This document shows, piece after piece, positions 47,981 through 58,798 of a stretch of DNA of 64,000 bases. The position numbers were made by a program, and so were the translations under genes. Under the pieces are notes generated by a model, which saw only the letters and a program-made list of their open reading frames with translations, made no database searches and was not told the DNA's origin. The stretch covers positions 56,357-120,356 of the forward strand of contig JAQWFB010000003.1 of NCBI GenBank assembly GCA_028704635.1. The letters are read 5' to 3'. The stretch's first letter is position 1, and every line of letters starts with the position of its first letter. Source of the DNA: Candidatus Shapirobacteria bacterium (GTDB lineage Bacteria; Patescibacteriota; Microgenomatia; UBA12405).

Positions 47981-48461
47981 AAACCCAAGCCTCCCTAAAT
48001 TTTTTTTTCGCCCTAATTAATTTTGATTCCACCGCTTTACCTGTCAATTTTAAATTTATTGCAATTTCGTTTATTTTCATTCCCTCTATATATTTAAGTC
48101 GTAGAATATCTTTATATCCTTTGCTTAATTCTGCTAAAGTTTTTTTGATTTCTTCTTTTAATTCATTTTTAAGTACATCTCTTTCCGGTGTTAAAGCCTT
48201 ATCAGCAATTTCCTCAAATTCATCTGATATTGAAAATAAAATCATTTTCAATTTTTTCTTTCGGTAATAATCAATAATTTTATGTTTAGCAATACTACAA
48301 ATCCAACTAAATTCATTGCAATCCCCATTAAAATTTGATCGGCACACCATTGCCGCCATCATAATATCATTAGTCAATTCTTCCACCAATCCTTCATCAT
48401 CAATCTTTTGACTGACAAATTTTTTAACCCCTAAATAATATTTTTTATAAAAACTGTCCAT
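47961..48461 (-). CDS. ECF RNA polymerase sigma factor
   Basis: FSW...IAKHKIIDYYRK region 2; LKY.EG....EIA......KAVESKL.RA region 4. Confidence 0.9.
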   Translation of the reverse strand: MDSFYKKYYLGVKKFVSQKIDDEGLVEELTNDIMMAAMVCRSNFNGDCNEFSWICSIAKHKIIDYYRKKKLKMILFSISDEFEEIADKALTPERDVLKNELKEEIKKTLAELSKGYKDILRLKYIEGMKINEIAINLKLTGKAVESKLIRAKKKFREAWVYDQKKD

Positions 48462-48529
48462 CTGTAAGCAATATTATATCTAATTTAAATTTAATTTGAT
48501 TTTAATTTAATATTAAATGATAATTAATC

Positions 48530-49552
48530 ATGGAAAATAAGAACAACCTCGATACTAATATTTTCCAATCGAATATTTTTATATATTTATTTTTTTTATC
48601 TTTATTAATCTTATTAATAATAATTGCTTCTATTTATTTAATTACCGAAAATAAAAAATATAAAATCATTTCACCTAAATCAAAAAATAACTATCAAATC
48701 GTTTCCACTGAATTTAAAGATAAAAATTCAATTTCGATCAATAAAACAGAAATTAGCACTAAAACTACAACCATATTATTAACCGGAGATATTATGTTGG
48801 GCAGAAGTGTAATGGGTACAAGTTTAGCCAAAAACAATCCCAATTACCCTTTTAAAGAAGTCGCCGAAGTTGTGAAAAGTGCCGATATTACATTTTCTAA
48901 TTTAGAAAATCCAATTACCAAAAATTGTCCAACATCAAACGATGGTTTTATATTTTGCACCGACCCTAAAATGATTAACGGTCTCAACTATGCCGGAGTC
49001 GATATTGTAAATTTGGCCAATAATCATACTAAAAATTATGGTCAAGATGGAATTAACCAGACCAAAAAGTACCTAATAGATTCTGGTATTGATTATGTGG
49101 GACTAGAAAATTTAATTACCAAAAATATTAATGGAATAAAATTTGGGTTTTTAGGTTTTGATTTTGTCAGCCAAAAACCAACAGATTCTGATTACACATT
49201 AATTTCAGATTATAAAAAAAATATTGATGTTTTAATTATTATGGTCCATTGGGGAGTTGAATATGTTTCAATTCCAAACTCAAATCAAAAAGAAATTGCC
49301 AAAAATTTAATTAATGCTGGAGCTGATGTTATTGTCGGCGGTCATCCACATTGGGTCCAAAGTATTGAATATATTAGTGAAAAACCAGTTTTTTATTCAC
49401 TTGGAAATTTTATTTTTGATCAATCATGGAGTGAAGAAACCAAAAAAGGTTTGGCTATTAAATTAACTTATCAAAACAATCAACTTATAAAAATTGACCA
49501 ACTACCAATTTACATGAAAAATTTTGCTCAGCCAGAGTGGGTTGTTAATTAA
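48530..49552 (+). CDS. CapA/PGA_cap metallophosphoesterase with N-terminal anchor
   Basis: GDIML, NLE, LANNH, HWG.EY, GGHPH, YSLGNFIFDQ. Confidence 0.9.
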   Translation: MENKNNLDTNIFQSNIFIYLFFLSLLILLIIIASIYLITENKKYKIISPKSKNNYQIVSTEFKDKNSISINKTEISTKTTTILLTGDIMLGRSVMGTSLAKNNPNYPFKEVAEVVKSADITFSNLENPITKNCPTSNDGFIFCTDPKMINGLNYAGVDIVNLANNHTKNYGQDGINQTKKYLIDSGIDYVGLENLITKNINGIKFGFLGFDFVSQKPTDSDYTLISDYKKNIDVLIIMVHWGVEYVSIPNSNQKEIAKNLINAGADVIVGGHPHWVQSIEYISEKPVFYSLGNFIFDQSWSEETKKGLAIKLTYQNNQLIKIDQLPIYMKNFAQPEWVVN

Positions 49553-49553
49553 A

Positions 49554-50630
49554 ATGAAAAAAAATATTTTATTTTTAATCTCACTAGATTCAGTACTATT
49601 AATATTAATATTTTTATTTAAATTATATTTTCAACCAATTGCCATTGTTGTTCCTCATCATAATATTGTAAAAGAAAAACGCTTAGAATTTTTTAAAACC
49701 ATTGCTCAAAAAAGACCAGTTACAAAAAAAATTATTATCATTGGCCCCGATCATTTTTCGCCTTATCAAAATACTATTTCTTACTCTAATTTCAATTGGA
49801 ATCTTTCCAATGGTGAAATTAAATTCAATTCATCTCTTGAAACTAAATTAAAACCATTTTTATCTCTTCAAAATAGTATCGTCAAAAATGATCATGCTAT
49901 TTATAATTTATTGCCTGATATTAAATTTGTTTGGCCTAATTCTCAAGTTTTTCCCATTTTAGTTGGTCAAAATTATCCCATTTCTAAGCTTAATAATTTA
50001 ATTAACGAATTAAAAAATGTTTGTAATTATGATTGTTTATTAATTTCTTCAGTCGATTTTTCTCATTATCTTCCAGCCGCTTTTGCTAATGTTCATGATC
50101 AAAAAAGCATTTATGATTTATCCACTCAAAATTTAACTGAAATTCCCAAATTAGAAGTTGACAGTCCTCAATCTTTATATGTTTTAACTAAGTATTCAAT
50201 ATTAAAAAATGCCCATAAATGGGATTTATTTTATCATTCAAATTCTGGCGAGATAGCCAATGATCCTGACATTGAAACTACTAGCCATGTTTTAGGTTTC
50301 TATCAAAGAAGTTTTTTTAAAAACAAAATTACTAAAGTTGAAACTTATTTAATTTCTAAAAATATTGACTCTAAAAAAAGTCTAAATTCTCTTGGCAAAA
50401 GATTTTTTTATGGCACCGATTATATTGATTTAAATTATTCTTCAAAATCATCATATATTTTACCTTTTGATTTAGCCGACGATATGGTTGTTACTGTTGT
50501 TGTTGCAGATAATAAACCAACTTTCACTTTTTTCCCTACCGAAATTAAAAATGGCGCTACATATTTTTTAAGAGGTCAAGAAAAAATAAATAAATTAAAT
50601 TATGTTAAATTTATTTATGGAATTAAATAA
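49554..50630 (+). CDS. MEMO1 / AmmeMemoRadiSam protein B-like
   Basis: VPHH, GPDHF, DHAI, SVDFSHY, ETTSH; signal anchor; ATG 49554. Confidence 0.8.
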   Translation: MKKNILFLISLDSVLLILIFLFKLYFQPIAIVVPHHNIVKEKRLEFFKTIAQKRPVTKKIIIIGPDHFSPYQNTISYSNFNWNLSNGEIKFNSSLETKLKPFLSLQNSIVKNDHAIYNLLPDIKFVWPNSQVFPILVGQNYPISKLNNLINELKNVCNYDCLLISSVDFSHYLPAAFANVHDQKSIYDLSTQNLTEIPKLEVDSPQSLYVLTKYSILKNAHKWDLFYHSNSGEIANDPDIETTSHVLGFYQRSFFKNKITKVETYLISKNIDSKKSLNSLGKRFFYGTDYIDLNYSSKSSYILPFDLADDMVVTVVVADNKPTFTFFPTEIKNGATYFLRGQEKINKLNYVKFIYGIK

Positions 50631-52374
50631 TATTAACCCTATAGAGTCACAACTAGAAACTAATTTAGAAATTAATTCTCAACCAATTTCACCTAAAAAA
50701 ATAAAAACATTTCCAATTGTTTTAGCTGGGGGGATTATTATTGGTGTTATTCTAACTGCCTCAATCACTTCAGCTGTGTATTTTTATCAAAAAAGTAAAA
50801 CTACTATTACCAGTAACTTTACTCAAAACCAACCAACAATCACTCCTACCACCGCTTATGAATATTCTCAATTTGGATCCATTTCTTGGCTAGATCAACC
50901 AAAACAAATATCAGCTATCAGCATTTTTAATTCAGAAAAAATCAATTCTGAAGAATATCCTTATCTTGATATTTCTAGTGCAGAATATTTTCAAGTTGGT
51001 GTTTTTTCTAATGGGGCTCAACTAATCAATGCCTATATTAATCCAAATGACCCAGGTGGAACCATTATTTTTCGTTTGATTAAGGATAATAATAGTATTT
51101 TTTTGTTAACCAACATGATTGGCGGTCGAGATCTTGAAAGTGTAAAAGAATATTTGGTTAGTAGTCTTTTATTTTCAGATATAAAAATATTGGAATTAAG
51201 TCCACTAGAAAATATTTCTCTTAGTACTGACAATATTCTTTATCTTTTTGATAGTGATTCTGCCTCGTCAAAAAGATCATCTGATTTTAAAAATTTACAA
51301 AAAATTGCCGATTCCAGTTATGGATCAATATATAAAAATACTTTTAGTATAATGGACAATATTTCCATTGATCAGGTTGCTGGTAGAACCATTTATTTAA
51401 AAATGAAAGATGGCACCTTAGTTAGTTATAAATATAAAAATGAGGTTTCTGATGATAGTATTCCTCGAATAACTTGGAACTCAGGGACTACTAACAATGA
51501 TGTTTATACACAAAATATTTCTTCAGGATGTGGTACTCAAACCTTCGGAAGTGTCCCTGTTATTTTAAAAGATTCAACTTTACTTGGCGATAAAATTCAA
51601 GTAGGTAAAACTCAAAGCGGAAAAAGTGTTTTTAAAATAGAAAATAAAAACAATGAATTTGTTAAAAAACTTTATGCTGAGTATAAACAAACCCGATCTT
51701 ATGAAAACACCAAAATAATTACTTTAGAAGAATTTGTAACTAACCCTAATCATTTTCTTTTACAAGATCCAACAGGTGATTGGCAAATTTTTGTAAATTC
51801 TAATTATTCTTCTTTGGCTGAATGTGGTAAACCTGTGATTTATTTATATCCTACCAAAGAGACCCAAATTAAAGTTCAAGTTGGTGCTCAAATCACTAAA
51901 AGTGAACCAACTTATCCTAATGATGGATGGGTGGTAATAGCCAAACCAAATGGAGAGTTAATTTATCAAAATCAAACCTATTCATACTTATTTTGGGAAG
52001 GTTTAGGTAATGGTCTTTACCCAGATTATAAAAATAAGGGGATTGTCGTTGCTCAAAAAGATTTAATTTCCACCCTTTATTCTCAATTATCACAATTAGG
52101 GTTAAACCAAAAAGAATCAGCTGATTTTATGGAATTTTGGCAATCAAAACTACCCACCACTCCTTTTATTCGTCTAACTTGGTTGGGAACCAAAGACATG
52201 GATATTTTAGCTCCATTAACAGTTAATCCTCAACCGGATACTAGGATTAGAATCTTTTTAGAATTTCAAGGTTTACAAAATCCAGTTAAATTAATTCCTC
52301 AAAAACTATCTGCTCCTGCTCGTGAGGGTTTCACTTTAATTGAATGGGGTGGTCTCTTATTTAAAAACAATTAA
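50617..52374 (+). CDS. Surface protein with C-terminal KPVIYLYP domain
   Basis: TM anchor; CGKPVIYLYP, YLFWEG, EWGG. Confidence 0.75.
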   Translation: MELNNINPIESQLETNLEINSQPISPKKIKTFPIVLAGGIIIGVILTASITSAVYFYQKSKTTITSNFTQNQPTITPTTAYEYSQFGSISWLDQPKQISAISIFNSEKINSEEYPYLDISSAEYFQVGVFSNGAQLINAYINPNDPGGTIIFRLIKDNNSIFLLTNMIGGRDLESVKEYLVSSLLFSDIKILELSPLENISLSTDNILYLFDSDSASSKRSSDFKNLQKIADSSYGSIYKNTFSIMDNISIDQVAGRTIYLKMKDGTLVSYKYKNEVSDDSIPRITWNSGTTNNDVYTQNISSGCGTQTFGSVPVILKDSTLLGDKIQVGKTQSGKSVFKIENKNNEFVKKLYAEYKQTRSYENTKIITLEEFVTNPNHFLLQDPTGDWQIFVNSNYSSLAECGKPVIYLYPTKETQIKVQVGAQITKSEPTYPNDGWVVIAKPNGELIYQNQTYSYLFWEGLGNGLYPDYKNKGIVVAQKDLISTLYSQLSQLGLNQKESADFMEFWQSKLPTTPFIRLTWLGTKDMDILAPLTVNPQPDTRIRIFLEFQGLQNPVKLIPQKLSAPAREGFTLIEWGGLLFKNN

Positions 52375-52376
52375 TT

Positions 52377-53192
52377 ATGGAAAATACAAACAATCTCGAT
52401 ACTAATATTCCTCAACCAACTGAATCTCCAATTATTTTTCCCACTCCAAAAAAAATAAATATTTTCAAATATTTATTTTTTATTTCAGTTGCAGCTTTAT
52501 TAACAGTAATTATTTCTTTTTATTTTATTTTAAAAAATAAAAATTCAAAAGTTAATCAAATCCAATCAAACAATAATATTGTTCAACAAACACCAGACAA
52601 TAACACCGTTAAATCAATAACAGAAACGCCTACAAATACTCAAGAAAAAACTATTTCATATCAAGCCAAATCAGTTGAAGATGACACCAATTCAGTTTCA
52701 AAATTAATTTTAGTGGATCAAAACAATAAAGAAAAAATTATTACTGAAGATAAATATCTTGACGATGAAAATGGTACTGTAAATAAAACACTTACAAAAG
52801 TGAGTTATAGTAATTTTATTTTTTCATCAGATAATAAATATTTATTTTATGATACTAACTATGGCTATGAATACGGAACTTCCTTTTTGTATGATATTAA
52901 AAATAATCAAATAGTCAAAATAGGTTTTCTTGCAACTAACGCAGGTTTCACTTCAAACCTAAAATATTTTTATAGTTGTGCTCAATCTGGTATGTCAGCT
53001 GGGGGAATTTTAATTAAACAGCTTCCATCACTAGAGAATGAATTTATTCGTTCAGGAGGAGAAGATTCGTACAACTGTAATTACATTAATAATAAAATTA
53101 CTTTTTCTGGGTTAAAAGAAAATGACCCAGCGACAGTTGTTTCACAATACGAATTTTCAGAAGATTCAGGTAGTATTTTAAAAATAAAATAA
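52377..53192 (+). CDS. Membrane-anchored surface protein, beta-rich
   Basis: N-terminal anchor shared with 48530 and 56719; FSSDNKYLFY. Confidence 0.65.
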   Translation: MENTNNLDTNIPQPTESPIIFPTPKKINIFKYLFFISVAALLTVIISFYFILKNKNSKVNQIQSNNNIVQQTPDNNTVKSITETPTNTQEKTISYQAKSVEDDTNSVSKLILVDQNNKEKIITEDKYLDDENGTVNKTLTKVSYSNFIFSSDNKYLFYDTNYGYEYGTSFLYDIKNNQIVKIGFLATNAGFTSNLKYFYSCAQSGMSAGGILIKQLPSLENEFIRSGGEDSYNCNYINNKITFSGLKENDPATVVSQYEFSEDSGSILKIK

Positions 53193-53219
53193 AGTCTGAT
53201 TTTGCTTTATACTTAATCA

Positions 53220-53999
53220 ATGCTCCCGTTTATTAAGGCCAATCCACTCCAAAAAGTCAGTCAAGATTTGCGACATGATTTATTGGACATGATTTACAAA
53301 AATGGTGGACACATCGGCGGATCTCTCTCTTCAATTGATTTAATTACTGCCGTTTATTTCGGCAACCTCTTTAATTTTAAAAAAGATCATTTTATTTTAT
53401 CGGCTGGTCACTTAGCTCCAGCTCTTTATACCGTCCTAGCCAACGCCGGTTATTTTTCTAAAAAATTACTCGATACTTATTCCTCTTTTGATTCTATTCT
53501 TCAACATCATATTTCTCGCGATGTTCCTGGAGTTGAGTATTCTTCTGGCTCTCTTGGCCAAGGACTTTCTTTTGCTTGTGGTTTGGCTCTGGGCAACCCT
53601 AAACACACCACCATTTGTCTCACCAGCGACGGTGAACATCAAGAAGGTCAAATCTGGGAATCGTTGCTTTTTGCCAAAAAATATAAATTAGGTAATTTAA
53701 TTAATATTGTCGATTTTAATCAGTTCCAAATCGATGGCCCAGTTTCTGAAATTATGCCTCTCGACAATTTAGCTGCCAAATATATTCAATTTGGCTGGAC
53801 AGTTACCACTGTCGACGGTCACAATTTTAATCAAATAATTTCTGCTCTTAAAAATGCCAAAAAATCAGATTATCCAAATTGTATTATTGCCAAAACAACC
53901 ATAGGTAAGGGAGTTTCCTTTATGGAAAATAACTTCAAATATCATGACGTTAAAAATCTTTCCGAGGTCTTATACAATCAGGCCAAATCAGAATTATGA
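53220..53999 (+). CDS. Transketolase, N-terminal subunit
   Basis: GHIGGSLS, LSAGH, GSLGQG, SDGE.QEG. Confidence 0.92.
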   Translation: MLPFIKANPLQKVSQDLRHDLLDMIYKNGGHIGGSLSSIDLITAVYFGNLFNFKKDHFILSAGHLAPALYTVLANAGYFSKKLLDTYSSFDSILQHHISRDVPGVEYSSGSLGQGLSFACGLALGNPKHTTICLTSDGEHQEGQIWESLLFAKKYKLGNLINIVDFNQFQIDGPVSEIMPLDNLAAKYIQFGWTVTTVDGHNFNQIISALKNAKKSDYPNCIIAKTTIGKGVSFMENNFKYHDVKNLSEVLYNQAKSEL

Positions 54000-54943
54000 C
54001 CAATTCTATTCGCCAATCATTTGGTGACACTCTCACCAAATTAGCTAAAAATAACAAAAATATTTTTGTTGTTAACGCCGATTTAAAATCATCTCTTTTT
54101 TTAAACGATTTTGCTAAAAAATTCCCTCGTTGTTTCATTGAGTGTGGTGTTGCTGAAAACAATGCTGCGGCTATTGCTGCCGGTTTAGCGCAAACTGGAA
54201 AAACTGTTTTTTTAACTTCTTTTGCCTGTTTTTCTCCTGCCATCAATTGGAATACCATCAAACAATCAATTTGTTACAACAATTCTAATGTCAAAATTAT
54301 TGGCTCTCATGCCGGTCTTATGAGTACTGATCTTGGTGCCACCCATCAAATGCTTGAAGATTTAGCCTTAATGCGTTCCCTTCCCAATATGGAAGTTTTT
54401 TCACCCCTCGATGCTCTTGAAACTGAAAAAATTGTTAAAACCGTTTCATTCAGTAAAAAACCAGCTTACATTCGCTTAGTTCGTCCTTCAACTCAAAATC
54501 TTTTTGATCCAAAATTCGATTTCACCATCGGTAAATCTCATATTTTACAACCCGGCAAAAACATTACCATTATTGGTCATGGGCCCATTTTAGAAGAAGC
54601 TTTTCAAGTCCAGGCCAAACTAAATTTGGACGACAAATACAAAAAAATTACTCTCGAAATTATCAACTGTTCATCAATCAAACCTCTTGATACCACTACA
54701 ATTTTAAAAAGCGTTAAAAAAACTGGCCGCTTAATTTGCCTTGAAGATCATCAAAAAAATGGTGGATTAGGGGAGGCGGTCGCTTCTCTAATTCTAACCA
54801 ATAATCTTTCTTGTAAATTTATTCATTTGGCTGTCGACAACAGTTTTGGCCGTTCAGCTAAAACTTATCAGGAGCTGTACAATTATTATGGCATTGGTGT
54901 TAATGATTTACTCTCCGCTGTCAAAAAAATAATTTTAAAATAA
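53996..54943 (+). CDS. Transketolase, C-terminal subunit
   Basis: ADL..S, GVAE, GATHQ, IKPLD, EDH...GGLG. Confidence 0.92.
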   Translation: MTNSIRQSFGDTLTKLAKNNKNIFVVNADLKSSLFLNDFAKKFPRCFIECGVAENNAAAIAAGLAQTGKTVFLTSFACFSPAINWNTIKQSICYNNSNVKIIGSHAGLMSTDLGATHQMLEDLALMRSLPNMEVFSPLDALETEKIVKTVSFSKKPAYIRLVRPSTQNLFDPKFDFTIGKSHILQPGKNITIIGHGPILEEAFQVQAKLNLDDKYKKITLEIINCSSIKPLDTTTILKSVKKTGRLICLEDHQKNGGLGEAVASLILTNNLSCKFIHLAVDNSFGRSAKTYQELYNYYGIGVNDLLSAVKKIILK

Positions 54944-55788
54944 TGAAAACCTTACGCCAATTATTAACTGAATATCGTGCCACCGGCAAAGCCATTCCCG
55001 CTTTTAATATCGATACTTTTGAAATTTACCAAGCAGTCGAAGACTCTGTCAAAGAAACCGGTTTGCCTTGCATTGTCCAGCTTTCCACAGGGGAAGATAA
55101 ATTTATTCAGGCTGAACGTCTTTTTGTTTTGGTTAAAAAAGCTCAGCTCGATGGTTTACCAATTTATTTAAATATGGATCACGCCTCCGACCAAATTCGT
55201 TTAGAAAAATTAATCAGTCTTGGCTTTGACATGGTTCATTTTGACGGTTCAAAAATGGATTATTCCACCAATTTAGAAACCAGTCAAAAATTCATTCACA
55301 TTTTAAAAAATCATTATCCACACACTCTTTTTGAAGTCGAATTTAATCATATTAATTTAGTCGACACCGAAGTTTCCAAAAACAGTTTCACTGATCCAAA
55401 TCAAGCTTATGAATTTATGACTCAAACTTCTGCCGATCTTCTGGCTGTTTCTATTGGCAATCTTCATGGCGTCAGTTTAAAATTACCAGAAACCATCGAC
55501 TTAAATTTATTAACCAAAATTAAAAATAAAATTCCCGAAGATCGATTCATTACTCTTCATGGCGGTTCCGGTATCAGTCCTGATCAAATCACTCAGGCCA
55601 TTCAACTCGGTGTCGTTAAAATTAATATCAATACCGAATTAAGAATTGCTTTTAATCAATCACTCGCCAAAATTTATTCGAAGGAAGTTAGCCAAAAAAT
55701 TTACGATAATTTTTCTCCCGCCATCGATGAATTAAAAAATATTATCAAATCAAAATTACTTCTTTTTTCCACTTCCAAATATGCTTGA
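54943..55788 (+). CDS. fba: Class II fructose-bisphosphate aldolase
   Basis: AIPAFN, DH, DGS, LAVSIGNLHG, LHGGSG, KININT. Confidence 0.9.
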   Translation: MKTLRQLLTEYRATGKAIPAFNIDTFEIYQAVEDSVKETGLPCIVQLSTGEDKFIQAERLFVLVKKAQLDGLPIYLNMDHASDQIRLEKLISLGFDMVHFDGSKMDYSTNLETSQKFIHILKNHYPHTLFEVEFNHINLVDTEVSKNSFTDPNQAYEFMTQTSADLLAVSIGNLHGVSLKLPETIDLNLLTKIKNKIPEDRFITLHGGSGISPDQITQAIQLGVVKININTELRIAFNQSLAKIYSKEVSQKIYDNFSPAIDELKNIIKSKLLLFSTSKYA

Positions 55789-56701
55789 TGTTATTTCCAT
55801 TGGCGGTGCCACTATCGATATTTTCGCTAAATCAAAACAATTTATCGTCGATAACAATTTATTATCTTTAGAATATTCCTCGAAAGCCGAAATCAGTCAA
55901 AGCCTAATTTGCAGTGGCGGTGGTGCCACTAATTCCGCTGTTTCTTTTAGTCGTCTTGGTTTAAAATCTACATGTATTTCTTTAATTGCCGACGATCATT
56001 TAAGTAATTACATTATCGACGATTTAAAAAAAGAATCAGTCAGCACCAATCTTTTAATTAAAAATAAAAAAGACACTACTGACTTTTCCATTATTTTAGT
56101 TGCCCCCGACGGTGGTCGATCAATTCTTACCAATAGGGGAACCACTCGCCTCGAAGAAAAAAATATTAATTGGAATAAAATTCCTAAAGCTAAATGGTTT
56201 TACATTACTTCTCTTGAAGGCAATCTTGATTTATTGGAAAAAGTAATCGGTTTTGCCAAAGAAAATAATAGCAAAATTGCCATAAATCCTGGCAATCGTG
56301 AGTTATCTCAAAGAAAAAAACTTTTACCTTTATTGAAATTAGTTGATTTTTTGCTTTTAAATAAAACCGAATCAGAAACTTTAGTCGGTCTTAATATTGA
56401 TGATAAAAATTTTTGGAATCATTTAGTTTCCCTTTCTCCGACAACTGTCGCCGTCACCAATGGCCGCAATGGCGCCTTTGTTTTTGCCGAGGGTCGTCAT
56501 TATTTCTCTCCTGTTATCAACGTTAAACCAGTTGACGAAACCGGTGCCGGCGATGCTTTTGGTTCTACTTTTGTCAGTGCTCTAATTTACAAACACACTC
56601 CTCAGGAAGCCCTCTTTTGGGCTATCAAAAACTCCGCCTCTGTCGTTTCCGCCCTCGGCGCCAAATCCAACCTCCTGACCTTAAAACAAATTAAAAAATA
56701 A
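55781..56701 (+). CDS. PfkB family carbohydrate kinase
   Basis: GGGATNSA, DETGAGDAFG. Confidence 0.92.
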   Translation: MLDVISIGGATIDIFAKSKQFIVDNNLLSLEYSSKAEISQSLICSGGGATNSAVSFSRLGLKSTCISLIADDHLSNYIIDDLKKESVSTNLLIKNKKDTTDFSIILVAPDGGRSILTNRGTTRLEEKNINWNKIPKAKWFYITSLEGNLDLLEKVIGFAKENNSKIAINPGNRELSQRKKLLPLLKLVDFLLLNKTESETLVGLNIDDKNFWNHLVSLSPTTVAVTNGRNGAFVFAEGRHYFSPVINVKPVDETGAGDAFGSTFVSALIYKHTPQEALFWAIKNSASVVSALGAKSNLLTLKQIKK

Positions 56702-56718
56702 ATTAAGTATAATAATTT

Positions 56719-57495
56719 ATGGAAGATATAAATCAAACAGATATAACGAATCAAATATTAGGCAATCAACCAACAAATATCCCAATTTCCAAATCAAAAA
56801 ATATTTTTAAATTACTATTTTTTATTTCTATTTTTGTTTTATTGGTTGTAATAATTTCTTTCTATTTTATTATTTTAAATAAAAAAAATTATCAAGCATC
56901 AAACAATAATATTTCTCAGATAACACCAACCACTTCTGTTTCCAAAAGCGATAATTTAAATATTAGTGCATATATTAAAACAGACAATAAAAATAGTTAT
57001 CTTGTTTTAAATAAAAACAATGAAGAATTTATTATTGACACCATCGACAAAGATATGTGGTTGGATGAAGTTAGATTTACAGGCAGTCTGAGGTATTTAA
57101 TATACGCTATCAAAGCCCCAGGAGCTACTAGTATTAAAATTTATGATACTAAACATAATTCTTTTATTAAAGATGAAGAGTCAGACGGTTTTTTTCCTCA
57201 ATCAGGTCCTCCTATAATCACCAATGATGAAAATTACTTAATTTTTTGTTCGGGTAGTGACTATGCTGGGATAAGTGGTGGTAAAATAATTTCGTTATCA
57301 GATCAAAGTGTCAAATTTGATTTTATTAAATATTTAGGTAATAAAATAGCAGATTCTTCAATTTCTTGTTCATATAATTCAAATACTAATATTGTTTCTT
57401 TCCAATACTATCAAGGTACTGGTGGTACAAAAGATTCAGGCGTTAACTACAATTTAAACACAGACAAGTTTGAAGATTGGCAAATAGATAATTAA
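56719..57495 (+). CDS. Membrane-anchored surface protein, paralog-like to 52377
   Basis: NIFK.LFFIS...L.VIISFYFI anchor; similar Cys spacing. Confidence 0.65.
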   Translation: MEDINQTDITNQILGNQPTNIPISKSKNIFKLLFFISIFVLLVVIISFYFIILNKKNYQASNNNISQITPTTSVSKSDNLNISAYIKTDNKNSYLVLNKNNEEFIIDTIDKDMWLDEVRFTGSLRYLIYAIKAPGATSIKIYDTKHNSFIKDEESDGFFPQSGPPIITNDENYLIFCSGSDYAGISGGKIISLSDQSVKFDFIKYLGNKIADSSISCSYNSNTNIVSFQYYQGTGGTKDSGVNYNLNTDKFEDWQIDN

Positions 57496-57549
57496 TTTCA
57501 ATATTTTTTCTTCGAACCCTTGTTCTTAAATATGTCATAATTTACTATC

Positions 57550-58164
57550 ATGTTGCCTAAACAAGAAAAAATCAAAAAGAAGCCAGACACCGAACAACCC
57601 GGTCTTTTTGATAAAGAAGACGAAAAAAAACGTCTCGCTAAAAAAAGAAAATTTGTTTACATTGCTATGATTTTAACTGTCGGTCTCAGTTTGTCTTTTT
57701 GGGCCTATCGCTCCATCAAAAACTTTAAAATGCCAACTTTAAATATGCCTGTTTCTTCACCTAAAACTACTTCCATAAAAACCACCAGTAATTTTACTTT
57801 ACCCAAAGATACTAATTCAACCTGGTCTTTTTTCTTAAAAAGAATTGATACCGACTCTGTTATTTTTCAAAATAACCAAGACATTATTTTTTCCACTCAA
57901 GATCTAAATTCTGTTTTGGACAAAATTAATCAAACAGATTTTATTACTTCCAGTTCTTATTCTTCTTATCTCCCTCAAGGTCTAAAAATAAAAGAAATTG
58001 TCGAAGAAAATGATTCTTCTTTTTCCTATTTTTCTACCATCACCACTCCGGCTCAACAATTACTTTTAATTATAAAAATCACTGATTCTAAAGATTTAAC
58101 TCAAGCTAAAAATTCAATTCCAGATTTAATTAATCAACTTTATTGGTATTCTCTCCAAAAATAA
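57550..58164 (+). CDS. Single-TM hypothetical protein
   Basis: One TM helix. Confidence 0.6.
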   Translation: MLPKQEKIKKKPDTEQPGLFDKEDEKKRLAKKRKFVYIAMILTVGLSLSFWAYRSIKNFKMPTLNMPVSSPKTTSIKTTSNFTLPKDTNSTWSFFLKRIDTDSVIFQNNQDIIFSTQDLNSVLDKINQTDFITSSSYSSYLPQGLKIKEIVEENDSSFSYFSTITTPAQQLLLIIKITDSKDLTQAKNSIPDLINQLYWYSLQK

Positions 58165-58167
58165 TTT

Positions 58168-58566
58168 CTAACCTCGCTTATTATTCAACTTTTTATCAAA
58201 ACTAAAAAATTCCATTCCTTCGTATTTTTCCAAAGCCAACAAATAACTGTCAACAAAATGTTGTCCTTTTTCATACCAATTCCACAATCCCAATAATGCT
58301 TTTTCATGTTCCAAAGTCAACCATGGTTGCATTAAAATTAATTGAATGCTTTTAGATATTTCGGTTAATGATTTGTGATAAAAATTTTGCAACACATAAG
58401 CCGTTTCAGCCACAACTATTGGTAATAATATTAACTCTATTTCTCCTTTTTCTGCTTTAATAAACAATTTTTCCACCTCATCTGCCTGACTTTTTATATC
58501 ATTAACCAAAAATCTAACAATAATATTAGTGTCAATAATTATTTTTTTTATATTTTTCGAGCCCAT
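58168..58566 (-). CDS. vapC: PIN-domain toxin (VapC family)
   Basis: IIDTN, VVAE, FVDS, SFDKKL. Confidence 0.88.
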   Translation of the reverse strand: MGSKNIKKIIIDTNIIVRFLVNDIKSQADEVEKLFIKAEKGEIELILLPIVVAETAYVLQNFYHKSLTEISKSIQLILMQPWLTLEHEKALLGLWNWYEKGQHFVDSYLLALEKYEGMEFFSFDKKLNNKRG

Positions 58567-58796
58567 TTTTTTTCAAATTTTCTTCTTGCCTCAGATAATT
58601 GATTATCAGTTAATTTAATATTAGATTTTAATAAACCTTTTAATAGTCGAAAATCCGTCACCGGTTTAATTCTTAATTCTTCTCCAACCAAAGTTACCAT
58701 TAGTTTTTTAGGCTTAACTTTACCCCAAACACGTGACATATTTACTGGAATACTAATTTGATTTTGACTGGTTAAACTTACTATTTGTTGTGTCAT
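58548..58796 (-). CDS. vapB: AbrB/MazE-fold antitoxin
   Basis: LTSQNQISIP swapped hairpin; overlaps the toxin start. Confidence 0.8.
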   Translation of the reverse strand: MTQQIVSLTSQNQISIPVNMSRVWGKVKPKKLMVTLVGEELRIKPVTDFRLLKGLLKSNIKLTDNQLSEARRKFEKKWARKI

Positions 58797-58798
58797 AC

